The notes under the pieces are model-generated. The model saw only the letters and a list, made by a program, of their open reading frames with translations. It had not been told where the DNA came from and did not search any database. Shown here one piece after another: positions 55,527-64,000 of a stretch of DNA of 64,000 nt. Source of the DNA: a virus (lineage: Duplodnaviria > Heunggongvirae > Uroviricota > Caudoviricetes); the IMG/VR virus record IMGVR_UViG_3300001528_000136, positions 122,906-186,905 of that record; one strand, 5' to 3'. The translations under genes and the position numbers were made by a program. Each line of letters begins with the position of its first letter. The first letter of the stretch is position 1.

Positions 55527-55924
55527 TGATTACTTCTCCTAATTAATTTATTAATTTGAATAGGAGCAGAAGTATCATTGCCATACCAATCTTGTTTAGA
55601 TATTGACCAATATTTAATAGTATTGGTTCCTCTCATTGATGATAATACAACATGATTACAAGAATCTACTATATAGGTCGTTTTATTATTCGGATAATAA
55701 ATAGTATATTCCAGATAATAAACTTCCTTATAATATTTATCTTTTTTCTTAGTAGCGGTATCTAAAATTAATATAGTAAAACCTAATAGTATTAAATAGA
55801 ATATGGTACTAATACTAGTTTTCTTATACTTTATATAATCATATATATTGTATATAAACATTAAAAATAAGAAAACTAGTGTAAGTCCACATACCATTAT
55901 AATAAGATTATAAATACTTTCCAT
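55523..55924 (-). CDS. membrane protein (133 aa)
   Basis: Two N-terminal TM helices. Confidence 0.3.
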   Translation of the reverse strand: MESIYNLIIMVCGLTLVFLFLMFIYNIYDYIKYKKTSISTIFYLILLGFTILILDTATKKKDKYYKEVYYLEYTIYYPNNKTTYIVDSCNHVVLSSMRGTNTIKYWSISKQDWYGNDTSAPIQINKLIRRSNQ

Positions 55925-56601
55925 TATACTTTATTAAGTAAATGCTCATTACCTTCATAAGGAATACAATAAGTATATATACCTCCTATACAACAGTATT
56001 TATCTCCATATGTCATGTGGGAGAATAAATTAATTCTCCAAGGGTCATTATTAGTAGACCTAGCTAATACCTGTTGTAAAGGTTTAAGCTCTGGTTTATT
56101 GCTAACTAGTTTATAACCATCCCAATGTAATTCATTTTGATTAAGTATATTTATATGAGTTTTAACTACAGGTAATGGTGGTTCATACATATTAACTAAT
56201 TCAGAAAATTCAAATTTGCCATTCTGTGTAATATGACCACAAGAATTAATAAAATAATAGAAATATATTTTACCATCTTCTATTCTATCGAATCTTCCTG
56301 TATAAATGTTACCTACACAATCATGAAATTCATATAAACAACTACTTTTAGCATTATTATATATAAATTCCAATACTCGCCAAGAGCTCACTCTTTTGTC
56401 AGGAAACACCATTAATTCACCATCAGCATAATACTTACCATCATGATCTAACGCTATTTCATCATCATTATATTGTAGTACAAAATAATCAGGATTCTCA
56501 GACTTATCTATTCTACCTAAAGTACAGTCTCCACATAAAGGGGACCATAGCTTAGTATTAATGGGTATATATTTTTTAATTATATTTACTAACATAACCA
56601 A
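55924..56601 (-). CDS. hypothetical protein (225 aa)
   Basis: Intact ORF. Confidence 0.3.
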   Translation of the reverse strand: MVMLVNIIKKYIPINTKLWSPLCGDCTLGRIDKSENPDYFVLQYNDDEIALDHDGKYYADGELMVFPDKRVSSWRVLEFIYNNAKSSCLYEFHDCVGNIYTGRFDRIEDGKIYFYYFINSCGHITQNGKFEFSELVNMYEPPLPVVKTHINILNQNELHWDGYKLVSNKPELKPLQQVLARSTNNDPWRINLFSHMTYGDKYCCIGGIYTYCIPYEGNEHLLNKV

Positions 56602-56604
56602 TAC

Positions 56605-57225
56605 TTATTTATAAATCATATCAAGAATATCTCTGAAATTAGGATTATTTATAACATCTATAGCATTTATTTCATTATTAAATACTATGTTACCCTTATT
56701 ATACAAGTTACACTTAGTAACAAAGTACTGTTCAGAATCTGCAGAATAACTAATAAAATACTTAGATTCTTTTTTATTAGTCCAATCAGGAACCCACTCA
56801 GGAATATAATTTTGATTATAATAATTAGCTATATCCATGAGACAGGCGATGGCATAAAGCCTAGTAGTCTCTTTACCTAAAGGTATAATTAAACTACGAT
56901 TAAAAGTACAAACATCATTAAGAGTAATGTCCTTTTTCTTGAACTTAATAATACCATTAACTAAGTCACTATTCTCTTGGTCAATAATATGATCTTCTGG
57001 AATTTCTATTTTTAATTCATTCATATTTTTTATTTTAATATAATCATATAACTTTTTAAATATTAACTTTTGAGAGTGAATACATTCTGGTATAAGACTA
57101 GTTAATGTACAATCATGTTTCCAGAAAGCACAATCATGGCACTCCCAAGAATCCTCTCCTTTAACAACTCTATATACTTTATCTTCAATTGTAATTACAT
57201 CACCTTCTTTCATTGTAATAAACAT
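56605..57225 (-). CDS. hypothetical protein (206 aa)
   Basis: Intact ORF. Confidence 0.3.
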   Translation of the reverse strand: MFITMKEGDVITIEDKVYRVVKGEDSWECHDCAFWKHDCTLTSLIPECIHSQKLIFKKLYDYIKIKNMNELKIEIPEDHIIDQENSDLVNGIIKFKKKDITLNDVCTFNRSLIIPLGKETTRLYAIACLMDIANYYNQNYIPEWVPDWTNKKESKYFISYSADSEQYFVTKCNLYNKGNIVFNNEINAIDVINNPNFRDILDMIYK

Positions 57226-57392
57226 TTAATTAAATACCAACCTGAATGTTGGTAATCGAGAACTATACCTATAGATAATATAATTATGCTAAATATAACT
57301 ATAAGTTCAGGTAAATCATCTTTACACCAATTACTCATAATACCTAGGAATAGGGCACATATAAAATAGAATATTGTAATAGTTAAAGCCAT
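57210..57392 (-). CDS. small membrane protein (60 aa)
   Basis: Two hydrophobic helices. Confidence 0.25.
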   Translation of the reverse strand: MALTITIFYFICALFLGIMSNWCKDDLPELIVIFSIIILSIGIVLDYQHSGWYLIKCLLQ

Positions 57393-57706
57393 GCTTCTAT
57401 TTTGTTACAAGTTCCAGAATAAAATTGCCATAAATACTTAGGATTATTAACTAATGTCTTTTCCCCATTATGAATAAGCATAACATATTTATAATGGTCT
57501 ATAATTAAAGAGCATATAGCTTTTATTTTATTTCCTTTATATTTAACTTTCCATTCTTTGGTCATACATAAATAACTAGTATTCCAATGATTTGCTTTCC
57601 TATGACTTATTCTGCTTTTAGGAAATGCTGGAAGTACAGAATCTTGTATCCAGAAATCCAAAGCATGAATTAACAAGTCTAGATTGTCGTGATTTAATCT
57701 TATCAT
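57383..57706 (-). CDS. hypothetical protein (107 aa)
   Basis: Intact ORF. Confidence 0.3.
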   Translation of the reverse strand: MIRLNHDNLDLLIHALDFWIQDSVLPAFPKSRISHRKANHWNTSYLCMTKEWKVKYKGNKIKAICSLIIDHYKYVMLIHNGEKTLVNNPKYLWQFYSGTCNKIEAWL

Positions 57707-57736
57707 TTTAATTGTATTTTTTATTTAACCTATAAA

Positions 57737-58180
57737 TTAATCTTCTAATGAATAATCTTTGACATTAACTAAATCTCTCAATAATTTATACTTACCAGTG
57801 TAAATAATATTATTAGAAACTATTTCATCACATTCATTTATTAAATATATACTGTCTTTAGGTATTATAAACTTAGCTAGAGCTACTTTGCCCCAAGATA
57901 CATCGTAATCTACTTCTGGAATCCCCTTATGCCAATATTTATATAGATTATGTGTATATTCTATTTTATTAATACTTTTAAAAGAATGATAACCTTCATA
58001 TACACACCCTAGCACATCAGTATAGAGTGGGACTGTAAATAACTTTTTATTAGCTATATATCTAAATAAATTAACTGAAGAAAAACATTTATTATACTTA
58101 TCTATATAAACTATTTTGTAAACAAATATATCTTCTTTTGCTGTTCTCAGTATTATTTCTTTTTTAGTACTCCAACACAT
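57737..58180 (-). CDS. hypothetical protein (147 aa)
   Basis: Intact ORF. Confidence 0.3.
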   Translation of the reverse strand: MCWSTKKEIILRTAKEDIFVYKIVYIDKYNKCFSSVNLFRYIANKKLFTVPLYTDVLGCVYEGYHSFKSINKIEYTHNLYKYWHKGIPEVDYDVSWGKVALAKFIIPKDSIYLINECDEIVSNNIIYTGKYKLLRDLVNVKDYSLED

Positions 58181-58521
58181 TATAATTCTATTAAATAGTT
58201 ATAAGTATCATACATTACTCTTTCAAATTCTTTTTTATTGGAAGCTTCTACTCTATCAAGAAAAATTTGCTTATCGTGCCAATCTGACACAGTTATATCA
58301 TCATTAGGAATAACTATAATATACTTAATTTTACTTCCCAGATCTTTTACTATTTTATAATAAGCAAGATTTCTATCTTTAAAATAATATCCTACTATAT
58401 TATGAATAAGTTGTTTACTAATATTAAGTATCTCAAGTCTAACTTTTTTTAGTTCCTCTTGACATTCAGATTCTTTCTTTTTTAATTGAGTGAACTTTGT
58501 TTCTAATTCTTGTCTATTCAT
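58180..58521 (-). CDS. hypothetical protein (113 aa)
   Basis: Intact ORF. Confidence 0.3.
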   Translation of the reverse strand: MNRQELETKFTQLKKKESECQEELKKVRLEILNISKQLIHNIVGYYFKDRNLAYYKIVKDLGSKIKYIIVIPNDDITVSDWHDKQIFLDRVEASNKKEFERVMYDTYNYLIEL

Positions 58522-58914
58522 ATTTTTTTAATTATTTAAGTTAATAAATAAAATAAGGAAACACACTAAAATAGTGCATTTCCTCTTAATAAAATTCTAA
58601 CTAAATAGAGTTACTGAAACCTAGTATTTCTAGTATATCAAAGACTAATACTTCTGAGTATATCCGCAGTACTTATCACATTGTACTCTGTGATTTACCT
58701 CCTCTAATATTGACCATAAGCCAACCCTCCGAGCCAGTACATTTTTTAAGCCCACCTCCTGTCAAGATATACCCAATATCTTAATATTATTAATGTCAAA
58801 AATAAAAGGAGCCTATCTTCTCAGACAAGCTCCTCAATGCAATTAAGTGTATCTCGCTAGATACAACTCTAAACGTATTCTATAATTTTTCAACATGAAT
58901 CTTTGTTTAATTAG

Positions 58915-58987
58915 AAAGTACAACAAGACTCGAACTTGTATCTAAGGACTAAAGGTCCTTTGCTCTAACCAATTGAGCTATGTACTC
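58915..58987 (-). tRNA. tRNA-Lys-like (anticodon UUU) with an unusual anticodon loop (C at position 33, or a 6-bp stem with a 5-nt loop)
   Basis: Acceptor GAGTACA/TGTACTT. D-arm GCTC-AATTGGTTA-GAGC. Anticodon region AAGGA-CCTTTAG-TCCTT. T-arm ACAAG-TTCGAGT-CTTGT. Confidence 0.4.
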
Positions 58988-59147
58988 CACTACGAATCAC
59001 ACGTAGAAACATTCTGTCATACTGAATGTATAACCCTAGTTAGTTGATTATGTGCTACCACATACTGCCATAACGGATAGCCTCAGACAGCCTATTCCAG
59101 CGATTAAGCATCTGGACATGCTTTTATACTAGTATTGCTATATAGCC

Positions 59148-59570
59148 TTAATTATGTTTATTGGGTTTAAATAAGAATAGTTGAATTATATGAAAGAACA
59201 CAATAGAGAAAAATAATACACAATATACTCGTATATTACACTCTTCATAGGAAATATGTAATGAATGTGCAATATTAATTAAATCATTCATGCACAGAGT
59301 AAATGGGTCTTTAACTTCTCCATAGTGTTTCCAAAACATATCAGTTATACCTATATAAAAAATAAGTAAGCTGATATTTAAGGATACTCTACATCTTCCC
59401 AAAAATGTTTTAATTGTACTATATCGTAAAGATAATAAAGCACTCATAATACATATTATAGGACAAGCATAGATACATATGTAAACACTAGTCTCTTTAT
59501 AAGACCAATCAAATAGAAGCCCTATTAAATAGAGACATCCACATAAGAACATAAAAATTAATTTAAGCAT
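59148..59570 (-). CDS. integral membrane protein (140 aa, about 4 TM), possible lysis-cassette component
   Basis: Hydrophobic helices throughout. Adjacent to the TAG-rich peptidoglycan-binding gene. Confidence 0.35.
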   Translation of the reverse strand: MLKLIFMFLCGCLYLIGLLFDWSYKETSVYICIYACPIICIMSALLSLRYSTIKTFLGRCRVSLNISLLIFYIGITDMFWKHYGEVKDPFTLCMNDLINIAHSLHISYEECNIRVYCVLFFSIVFFHIIQLFLFKPNKHN

Positions 59571-59716
59571 TTTTTAAATAGATTTAATAATGAAGTAAAT
59601 ACAAGCATTACTATAAATAGAAATGCAATAACAAAAATCCATGAATAATGGATGTACTCAGGAGCACCTACATAGATATTCCCTTTCTCTAAGATTAAAT
59701 CAATTAATTGAATCAT
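59558..59716 (-). CDS. small single-TM protein (52 aa), holin-like by size and position
   Basis: MIQLIDLILEKGNIYVGAPEYIHYSWIFVIAFLFIVMLVFTSLLNLFKKCLN. ATG at 59716, immediately after the stop of the upstream gene. Assigned by size and context only. Confidence 0.3.
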   Translation of the reverse strand: MIQLIDLILEKGNIYVGAPEYIHYSWIFVIAFLFIVMLVFTSLLNLFKKCLN

Positions 59717-59719
59717 ATA

Positions 59720-61015
59720 TTAAAATTTTATTCCAGTTACAACTTTCTTAGCTCCTAACAGAGCATTTGAAGAAAATGGTCCAAAACCATAATCCCATAC
59801 ATCATATGTTTTACCATTGTTTCCATTTAAGTCTGTAATAATACTAAAATTACCATGTTGAGCATAAGGGTCTCCTCCAGATACAGAGAATATAATATGC
59901 TTACCGTCTTTTGATAACTTAACATTATCACTTTTATTTAAATTGCCAATATTTTTCTTAACATAATCTCTAGCCCAAGCTTGTTCGGCAGCTCTTGCTT
60001 TAGGGTCTGTAAATGTATAAGTAGAATCACCTTCATTAGTTACATATCCAAAATCAGTAGACCAAGTGTTATACTTCTATGGTTGATTTCCATGAAGTAA
60101 ATTCTGATCCATTCTACCTCTAATCTTAAATTGTCTGGATTTCATGTCTCTTCCTCCTGGTCCCCATTTAGGTTCTTCCTATTTAATAATATTCCACAAG
60201 CTATCTGCTGTAGTATAATTATTCTTATCATTTAAATCTAAATCAGCAAACTCCTATGAAGCTTTGCCAGCCTTAGAAGACCCTGTAATTCCTTTAACAA
60301 ATTTAGTACCAAATCCGTATATTCCTCCTATACCTACATCATTTCCATCAATCTTCACGTGTGCATTTAATCCTTTACTATCTAAAAATTTATTAACTGC
60401 CTATGTATCCTTAGAGTTATCATAACCAAAAGGAAACATATTATTTAAAGTTGATGAAACCATACCTCCTAATCCTTTAGATACTTCTCTAGGGTCAACT
60501 TTTAAATTTTTATTCTTTCCTAAATTATATAATACATTGTTGTCTATAGCATCTTGCTATGCCCTCTTCTTCTTAACTTGATAATCTTGCCAAGCTTTTT
60601 CACTTTGCTAGCCCCAATCTCCATCAACAGCTATTTTATAACCATTTTTCACTAATTCTTGTTGTTTAGCTGTAGCACCTGTTATATCATAACCTGCACC
60701 ATGTTTAGCTAACAATTTAGAGTTATAGTGCGATTGTTTCTATCTATATTGCTTAGCATCTTTATCAGCCTTAGAACTCATCTATTTAATATTACTCATT
60801 TTCTAATTAGCCCATTCCTGATTTCTTTGATTCTAACCAGTAATAGCTAATCCTAATGTACTAGATGCAAACTAATTGGATTTCTAAGGAGTTCTCTATT
60901 TAACCCTTTGTTTAGAATGTCTTATGTCATCTAAAACAATCTAAGTTCCCATACCTGCAACATCCTAAGTGTAGGCATTCTAAGCCTACAGTCTTTTTAC
61001 TAATTCACTTGCCAT
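59720..61015 (-). CDS. TAG-recoded gene (432 codons, 17 in-frame TAG). It encodes a protein with a PG_binding_1-like peptidoglycan-binding motif and is a putative late/lysis protein.
   Basis: ATG at 61015-61013. TAA at 59722-59720. Checked codon by codon on the minus strand: 17 TAG (at + 60077, 60179, 60254, 60401, 60557, 60608, 60740, 60782, 60803, 60833, 60872, 60884, 60896, 60941, 60965, 60980, 60986) and zero TAA/TGA in frame. The translated segment ...KLLAKHGAGYDITGATAKQQELVKNGYKIAVDGDWGxQSEKAWQDYQ... matches the PG-binding signature vDGxfGxxTxxAvxxFQ. Confidence 0.7.
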
Positions 61016-61155
61016 AAATAATTTATCAGTTAATAAATAAGTTATCTAATTAATTATAATCTATTAACTAATATATAAATAAAAAAAACAAATGCAACTA
61101 TTTTCTCAAACCATTACATTCTAGACTCACAATAGGATATTACAAGAATTGTAGA

Positions 61156-61220
61156 GGTCTAAGAGAGACTCGAACTCTCAGATATTCCTAACTAAATAAG
61201 ATTAGTTAATTATTTAGACC
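61156..61220 (-). ncRNA. degenerate tRNA-like element (65 nt) with acceptor and T-arm but no D-arm
   Basis: Acceptor GGTCTAA/TTAGACC. T-arm GAGAG-TTCGAGT-CTCTC. Central hairpin TAACTAA-TCTTAT-TTAGTTA with a 6-nt loop. Confidence 0.25.
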
Positions 61221-62333
61221 AACCACCTCATAGAGGATTAAAAATACTATGAATAAGAGCGTCTTCTCACACATGGCTGAAAAGTATCTTACAAATTAGA
61301 GTGTAACTAAATAGTATTAACTAAATAGATTACGTAAGATAAATTTGTGAGGCACCAACGAGTATATTTAATTAGAGTAACTTCCACCGCTCATAGTTGC
61401 TCCCGTATTAGACGAAACTCCAGATAAATAGTTATTAGCTAGCATCTATTCAATGAAATTAAAGGGTTTGAACCTCTGTTTCTCTTATTCTATACATTAT
61501 TAAATAAATACCTACTTGTATCTCAATTTATTTCATAACTAATTTAAGCACATGCTTATTTCATTATTACTTTAAATATATGATAATGTCTCTTATTAAT
61601 TCTCTTCCCTAATTAATAGAAAGGAGTGTGCACAATATATTCAGAGACTAAATTCCGCAATCTCCCATTTACAGCTGATAGAGAGATTTATAAGAACCAA
61701 ATACTTCCTTTATAAGGAAAGTGAGTAAATATTTAATAATGTATAACTAGTATTTTATGATTCTAGTATTATAAAATTCTAACAGTATTTATATATTCTA
61801 ACAGTATCTATATATTCTATTACCACTAAATAGTGGAGCTAGAGGGTACTGCCCCCTCGTCTTACATATTCGCATCAAAACATTCTTACAGCTTAGGTTT
61901 TAAAGACTATCCTTGTCTAGTAACAAATAAACCTTTAAAAATATGAATTTGCACTTTTCTGTTCCTAAGTAAGTGCTACTCGGTTTCTCAGGCTACTATA
62001 GCAACTGGAGAAACAGAAGAATTATTTACTCTTTCGCCTTTTATTGTTTTGTCGTATTTCCGACTGTCTTTGCTGTGTTTTTTATCTCCTATGCAATCAA
62101 ATGCTAGTTTAGCCCCGTATTTCTTTTATTAAATAAAACTACCTATTTTCACAAACCAGTAGTTTTTTAACATATTGTGTATTACGATGATAAAAATTAT
62201 TAATATTAAAAAGAGCATCAATCTTCACAGACTAATACTTTATAAATGTTTCAAAATAATATTCAATTTAATCACTTATCTTCACAGACTAGCAATTATA
62301 TAAACAATTTATACCAATATGGTACAGAATGAG

Positions 62334-62418
62334 TGCTCCTGACGTGATTTGAACACGCAATTCCCAAGGGACAGTGGTGTTTAAGACCACTCTGTATACC
62401 AAATTCCAGCACAGGAGC
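62334..62418 (-). tRNA. tRNA-Leu (anticodon UAA), class II
   Basis: Acceptor GCTCCTG/CAGGAGC. Anticodon stem GTGGT/ACCAC with loop CTTAAAC. Long variable arm. T-loop TTCAAAT. Confidence 0.6.
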
Positions 62419-62500
62419 TTATTTTTATAAATAAACTACTCTATCTTCACAGACTAAGTAGTTTAACCATTATGTACAAAAAACGAGTTAAATATAAGTG

Positions 62501-62575
62501 TGATTCCTATGAGATTTGAACTCATGCCCCTCAGATTAAAAATCTAATGCTCTAAACCAACTGAGCTAAGGAATC
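62501..62575 (-). tRNA. tRNA-Lys (anticodon UUU)
   Basis: Acceptor GATTCCT/AGGAATC. D-arm GCTC-AGTTGGTTTA-GAGC. Anticodon stem TTAGA/TCTGA with loop TTTTTAA. T-arm ATGAG-TTCAAAT-CTCAT. Confidence 0.6.
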
Positions 62576-62859
62576 AAGTGAGGCAGCTTCTGTTAAAGCC
62601 CTTATTAAGTCCAATTCTAGCTATTAGAATATTTGACACCTCATTTGTCTAACTATTACTAGTTAGTTCTGTCTATTTATTTTACGTGGGATTCGAGAGA
62701 CTTTTCTTATGTAACATCATCCTATTTATATAATTATAGGATTTAAAGCTATACAGCCCACAACTATTAGTAATAATACTAATTAGATGACACTAACTCA
62801 AGTGTAGTTACTTGTTTTATAGTGAACTACTAACTATTGGAAAATTTACACGCAAAAGC

Positions 62860-63225
62860 TTATAATTGTTCTAGTACTTTCTTAGCTAAATAAGATGATA
62901 TTTCTGTACTGTATTTACCAGAAGCACCATCAGACATAACTAAAATATACTTATCAGTATCTTTAGGATTCTTAGTTAATGACATTATATAATATCTATT
63001 AACTAGAAAACCTTTATCAACTTTAATAAAGTTCACCAAATACTTAGACACTTCTTTCATAGAAGATAAGAATGTAAACTTAGCACCCGAAGCTGTTTGT
63101 ATAGATACATATTTATCAGATGCTTCCACACTAATTATATCCCTAATTAAGATTTGTCTATATTCTGTTGCATTCTTAATAGCTAAGAATGTATCAGAAT
63201 CTAACATTATAGTAGATATTTCCAT
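62860..63225 (-). CDS. stand-alone LytTR-family DNA-binding protein
   Basis: ...YRQILIRDIISVEASDKYVSIQTASGAKFTFLSSMKEVSKYL..FIKVDKGFLVNRYYIMSL...YILVMSDGASGKYSTEIS matches the LytTR domain pattern (dIlyiEa...v.t....y.....l..le..L....F.rvhRs.iVN...I). Confidence 0.55.
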   Translation of the reverse strand: MEISTIMLDSDTFLAIKNATEYRQILIRDIISVEASDKYVSIQTASGAKFTFLSSMKEVSKYLVNFIKVDKGFLVNRYYIMSLTKNPKDTDKYILVMSDGASGKYSTEISSYLAKKVLEQL

Positions 63226-63361
63226 ATTTAATTAAATATCATTGAAGCTATTACTGACACTATTAATAATAATACAATCCATGCAATTGTATGACAAAAA
63301 CAAAAAGTTCCAATAAGTAACAATATGAAAAAGAATAATGTTCTAATTACAAATTCCTCCA

Positions 63362-63757
63362 TTACTCACTAATTAGTTCTTTGATATAGTCCTTAACCTC
63401 TTTAGGAAGTGGGCACATATTCTTTTCATATTCATCTACTTCATCCATCTTACCTGAGGTAATAACAGACCAGATAGCTGCTACAAATGCTTTCATACTC
63501 TTAATAGATGGTTGGACTACATTAACTTCAGCACTATCAGCTTCAGCACCAATATGTGCTAAACCATAAAGCAGTTTGTCAGCAAAAGGTATATCACCAA
63601 GTGCGTTATTAAGTCCCTTAGCTATTGAATGATTGACGACTTCTTGTATTTCTTCATCACTTTGTGCGGATGTAACTGCATCAATACTCATGTGCTCTGT
63701 TTCAATGTGAATAAGAGCAGCACCTATTAGGTACTCTGAATTGTTTCTAATGTTCAT
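63362..63757 (-). CDS. hypothetical protein (131 aa)
   Basis: Intact ORF. Confidence 0.3.
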   Translation of the reverse strand: MNIRNNSEYLIGAALIHIETEHMSIDAVTSAQSDEEIQEVVNHSIAKGLNNALGDIPFADKLLYGLAHIGAEADSAEVNVVQPSIKSMKAFVAAIWSVITSGKMDEVDEYEKNMCPLPKEVKDYIKELISE

Positions 63758-63927
63758 AATCTATTTAATTTAAAAGTTAATAATCTAGTTAATATTCTGA
63801 TTTGTAATTAATATACTATTTAACTAATTAAGTAAAATAAAACTATCTATTCTCACGAACCAATAGTCTTATATCTGCGTTTACTTGATTTTTCATAACT
63901 CTAAATATTACAAAACAGAATTGTTTG

Positions 63928-64000
63928 TGGACCAGCTAGGGCTTGAACCTAGGACCTCCAGATTATGAGTCTGTTGCTCTAACCAACTGAGCTACAAGTC
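63928..64000 (-). tRNA. tRNA-Met/Ile (anticodon CAU), truncated at the 5' end by the window edge
   Basis: T-arm CTAGG-TTCAAGC-CCTAG. Anticodon loop CTCATAA. D-arm GCTC-AGTTGGTTA-GAGC. The 5' strand of the acceptor lies beyond position 64000. Confidence 0.45.

Noticed and set aside
61370-61470. Possible additional degenerate tRNA (GGTTTGAACC-like T-loop at about 61450)
   Set aside because: Only a T-arm-like segment and a weak acceptor pairing could be found. No convincing anticodon or D arms.
1-64000. CRISPR arrays, integrase/transposase/IS elements, prophage att sites
   Set aside because: No spacer-repeat periodicity, no recombinase or transposase motifs, and no direct-repeat-flanked insertions were seen. 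The short repeats found are intergenic regulatory-type motifs.

Overview
This window is AT-rich DNA of roughly 28-30% GC, estimated by eye. It looks like a large tailed dsDNA phage genome segment. Essentially every gene (about 100 ORFs) is on the minus strand, tightly packed or overlapping by 1-8 nt. Reading right to left, the window holds four blocks. (1) At the far left is a DNA replication and nucleotide-metabolism module. It includes family A DNA polymerase (partial), a sigma-70-like factor, three calcineurin-like phosphoesterases, an Rnl2-like RNA ligase, an ATP-dependent ligase, an HExxH protein, dUTPase, anaerobic class III RNR (NrdD + NrdG) with a thioredoxin, a CHC2/TOPRIM primase, an SSB-like protein, a P-loop ATPase, a DnaB-like helicase, a DEAH SF2 helicase, RNase H and a HAD nucleotidase. 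(2) Next comes a membrane/lipoprotein block with an SPFH (band-7) lipoprotein, then a five-tRNA array at 38.87-39.66 kb. (3) After that is an accessory island at about 40.4-49.7 kb. It carries a PurA-like adenylosuccinate-synthetase homolog, a vWA protein, a SERCA-like P2-type cation ATPase, two TerD paralogs, an acyl carrier protein and a 3D-domain protein. (4) The right-hand region holds many small unknown ORFs, more tRNAs, a 1.8 kb repeat-bearing non-coding region and a LytTR regulator. The most striking observation is stop-codon recoding. A 432-codon minus-strand reading frame at 59720..61015 has 17 in-frame TAG codons and no TAA or TGA. The 5' part of the DNA polymerase gene is also readable only through an in-frame TAG. 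At least one early gene (17092..18603) still ends at a TAG. No CUA-anticodon suppressor tRNA was found among the roughly 10 tRNAs or tRNA-like elements in the window. All functional calls are from motifs read by eye, with no database search. Coordinates come from the supplied ORF track, which evidently allows TTG/GTG starts, or from hand alignment.
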